A DNA stretch of 23,793 nucleotides from Fonticula alba ATCC 38817 (taxonomy: Eukaryota > Protista > Nucleariida). Both the position numbers and the translations under genes were made by a program. Positions 21,062-23,793 of the stretch are shown one piece after another. Position 1 is the stretch's first letter. Every line of letters begins with the position of its first letter. The notes under the pieces are model-generated. The model saw nothing but the letters and a program-made list of their open reading frames with translations, searched no databases and had not been told where the DNA came from. The stretch is taken from NCBI GenBank assembly GCA_000388065.2, contig KB932205.1; one strand, 5' to 3'.

Positions 21062-21953
21062 ATGGACTGGGAGCTCAAGCCCTCGACCATCAGCAACTCC
21101 ACTGCGAGCGAGCTGATCCCCGGGGCCGGCGACGACGCCGACCGACCTGATGCCACGGCTCCCGAGGCGGCCATGCCCATCTTGGAGCCTGTGGGAGAGT
21201 GGCGCAGCGCCCCGGATCGTGGCTATGCGAATGATGCCACTCCAGCGGCCATGATGCGGTGCGTACTCCCCCTCCTCCTTCCCGGTTGGTCTCTCTCTCT
21301 CCCTCTCCCTCTCTCTGTGCCTTCCTGTCGGACTCTTTTCTGATCGTGCCGGCCCCCCTCCCCCGCCCACGAACCACTGTGTAATTTCACCAGGAGCTTC
21401 GGGGCCCGGGATGAGCACTCAACCGAAATGCCTGACCGCCCGCCCTCGGGCATTGATGCCGGGGATGGTGATCGACCGGGCGACTTTTCCGGCGAGGACA
21501 TCTACCAATACTCCATCGACAGTGGTGGCCCCTGGTGGTGGTGGTGGAACAGCTCGCAGGAGAACAGGTACACCACCGGCTCGGATGACAGCTTGGGATC
21601 CCCGCTTCCAAGCTACCTGGACCTCCTCTTCCCCTGGATCTCTCTCCGAAGAAGAAGGAGAAGAAGAAGAGGAAGAAAAAGAAGAAGTGCCCTCCACTTA
21701 CCCAGATCCCCGTGCTCCTCACCATTTCCCGACCCACACCCGTAGCGGTAACTACAGCACCGGCGGCCTGAATACCCCATCCATCCTCAGCCTGCCAAGT
21801 CTCGGCCACAGCCCGATGACCGGATCCGAGCTAGACCTCGACCCTCTGGCCAAGCACCCGCCATCGAAGCACGATCCCACCAATCAGCACATGGTCACCC
21901 TGCCGAAAGTTGCATTGGCCGATGGCGACCGGGCGCTCGATCGCCAGCCGATG

Positions 21954-21991
<38 letters not shown>

Positions 21992-22798
21992 TCAGCAAAA
22001 ACAGCCGCAGCACCACAGCGCCGCGATGCGAGGCCTCTCGCCGCACTTGCGATCCCTTTCGGACGCCGGCAGCTCGCCGACAGTCGGCCGGAGCGCCGCC
22101 GGCGGGGGCGACCCAGCCGGCTGGGACGGCCAAGGCGGAGCCTCCTTCACCCAGGTCACCCTGCTGGCCGGGGTGGAGCTCTTCAGCTCGGCCATTGTTG
22201 CCCTGGCCGTCGGCCTGGTTCAGCTGCCCCCTTGGTGGTGGCCCTCCTTCGGGGTGACCACCGACATCAGCGGGCCGCCCTCGCGCGGAGTCATCACCGC
22301 CCTGGTGTATGGGATATTCTCCGTCGGATCGGCCCTCATCTCTTCGCGCATCTCCCACATGATCTTCGACACGCGCGAGCGCCTCATCCGCACATTCAAT
22401 CCGGAGGTGGCCGGGGAGTTCGCGGCAGCGGCCGCGGTGGCTGCCTCCTTCGCCGAGGGCGAGGGGGCACGATCGGTGGCCGGTGCCTCCGAGGAGTCGG
22501 CCTACTCCCGTGTCATCAGCGAGATTATCAATGCCACCGATCAGAGCACCCTGCTGTCGGTGGGGCTGGCCCCCGCGGCTGTGGCGTCGGCCCGGCCCGG
22601 CCCGGCGGAAGGCCCCTGGGCGGATGACCGGGCCCCCGCCGCGCCGGAGGCCGCCCGCACATTGCAACTGATTGACATGCTGGCCGACGCTCGGCGGTAT
22701 GATCGCGTTCGGCGAAGCTGGGCCCTGGACGCCTCGGGGCTGGCCAATCCGGCCATCTGGCTGGGACTGTGGCTGACCGGCAAGTGCAACTGGGCACG
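21062..22798 (+). CDS. Hypothetical membrane-associated protein (poly-Trp, poly-Gln, two or more hydrophobic segments); 5' and 3' ends unresolved
   Basis: Exons 21062-21258, 21394-21567 and 21746-22798 join in phase 2 with donors GTGCGT, GTACAC, GTGCGT. Codon usage is GC3-rich. Hydrophobic stretches: VTLLAGVELFSSAIVALAVGLVQL and GVITALVYGIFSVGSALISS. No family recognised. An upstream exon near 20871-20982 and a last exon beyond the 23001 gap are possible. Confidence 0.6.
21957..21989 (+). repeat. (CAG)10CAA poly-Gln run in the hypothetical CDS
   Basis: Read directly, in frame. Confidence 0.85.
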
Positions 22799-22840
22799 GT
22801 GCGTGCATGCTCCCGCCGGTGGCATCGGAGGAGCAGTCTG

Positions 22841-22841
<1 letters not shown>

Positions 22842-22921
<80 letters not shown>
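22842..22921. repeat. Poly-G tract (80 nt), probably intronic
   Basis: Begins 43 nt after the GTGCGT donor at 22799; length may be unreliable. Confidence 0.75.
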
Positions 22922-22922
<1 letters not shown>

Positions 22923-23000
22923 GGGGGGGCCAGCGGTCGAGGTACCGGCATATGCGCCAGTTGTTGAGGGGGGTTCGGCCCCGGGCTGAGAGCCCCGAGG

Positions 23001-23010
23001 NNNNNNNNNN
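23001..23010. other. Assembly gap (10 N)
   Basis: N run followed by poly-C. Confidence 0.99.
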
Positions 23011-23211
23011 CCCCCCCCCCCCCCCTCTACCTCAATCACGGGCAGTTTTCCCCCTCTCGCCCCTTGAGTTCCTCCCTCCCTCTCCCTCTCCTCTCCCTCT
23101 CCCTCTCCCTCTCCTCTCTCTCTCTCTCTCTCCTCAGTCAACAAGCCCTATGCCCCTCCTCTCGATGCGACTGCAATAGACTCGCGCGAGTTCAAGACAC
23201 TCCTCTCTTAG

Positions 23212-23212
23212 C

Positions 23213-23243
<31 letters not shown>

Positions 23244-23262
23244 GCTACTGCTGCTGCTGCTG
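23212..23262. repeat. (TTG)n-(CTG)n compound trinucleotide repeat
   Basis: Read directly; the minus strand is (CAG)n TAG (CAA)n. Confidence 0.9.
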
Positions 23263-23793
23263 TCAGCACTGGTACTCCTTCTCCCCACACATACACACAC
23301 GCGTGCGCACTCGCTTGCGGGAGGGCAACAGCGCGCCATCTACGAAGCACACAGAAAGCACAGTTCCGACAGAGTGCGCCGGCTAATGAGGGGGAGTAGG
23401 AAAATGTGCAGGCAAACGGATGGACATTTTTTCCGGAAAGGCCCGATTCTGATGCCTTCTGTGACGGTCATGTGTATGTTGGAATATCATGTGGATATTT
23501 CGATTAAGATCCCCATGCTCTGGTGTCACTTTTGACACCTTCACAGCTACACCCACAATCCCGCCCATCTGACTACTCATGCCAGGCGCCTCGGCGGCCG
23601 CCTTTTCGCGGCCGGCCTGGCGGCCGAAATGTATGTCAACGTGTGTGTATGTGTGTGTATCCCACACGATCGGCGGCGATTACGGGGTCCCTTTTCTCCC
23701 GTGGGGCTTGCCTTTACGGTGGCCCTCCATCCTTTCCTGGGGGCTGGTCGGTTTGGAATGTGTGTGTGTGGGGGGGGGGGGGGGGGGGGGGGG

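Noticed and set aside
22799-22967. Poly-Gly C-terminus of ORF 21411..22967
   Set aside because: It starts at a consensus GTGCGT donor and consists of an 80-G homopolymer, so it is more likely intron.
23134-23265. Minus-strand QQQQQ-TAG-QQQQ...LREECLELARVYCSRIERRGIGLVD*, suggesting TAG=Gln as in some oxymonads
   Set aside because: An in-frame TGA lies immediately upstream and there is no good acceptor. A C-to-T change in a CAG repeat explains it. The cyclin frame ends at TAA, and the coding poly-Gln at 21957 uses only CAG/CAA, consistent with the standard code.
1-23793. CRISPR arrays, rRNA, operon-like systems, transposase or RT genes
   Set aside because: No regularly spaced repeat-spacer units, rRNA signatures or mobile-element protein motifs were seen.

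Overview
GC-rich, intron-containing eukaryotic genomic DNA, probably a protist. The style recalls Paratrimastix-type assemblies, but that is an unverified guess. The window has four N-gaps and many C/G homopolymers and microsatellites. Two genes are recognisable. (1) A 7-exon DUF676-type putative serine esterase/lipase (+, ~1496-4602) with an intact-looking Ser/Asp/His triad. (2) An unusually long cyclin A-like gene (+, ~16326/16508-19521) whose cyclin box lacks the conserved K-Y/F-E-E motif and whose second fold carries a ~51-aa insertion. A third + gene (~21062 to at least 22798) encodes an orphan, probably membrane-associated protein with poly-Trp and poly-Gln runs. The ~11.7 kb between the lipase and the cyclin has no recognisable domain. 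It does show splice signals for a hidden minus-strand gene and a purine/pyrimidine skew flip near 10.2-10.8 kb. The first ~420 nt are compositionally foreign (~50% GC). I found no supportable rRNA, tRNA, CRISPR or recognisable transposase/RT. I see no clear new multi-gene system; the atypical cyclin and the hidden genes are the best leads. Most ORFs in the supplied track are artefacts of high GC and simple repeats.
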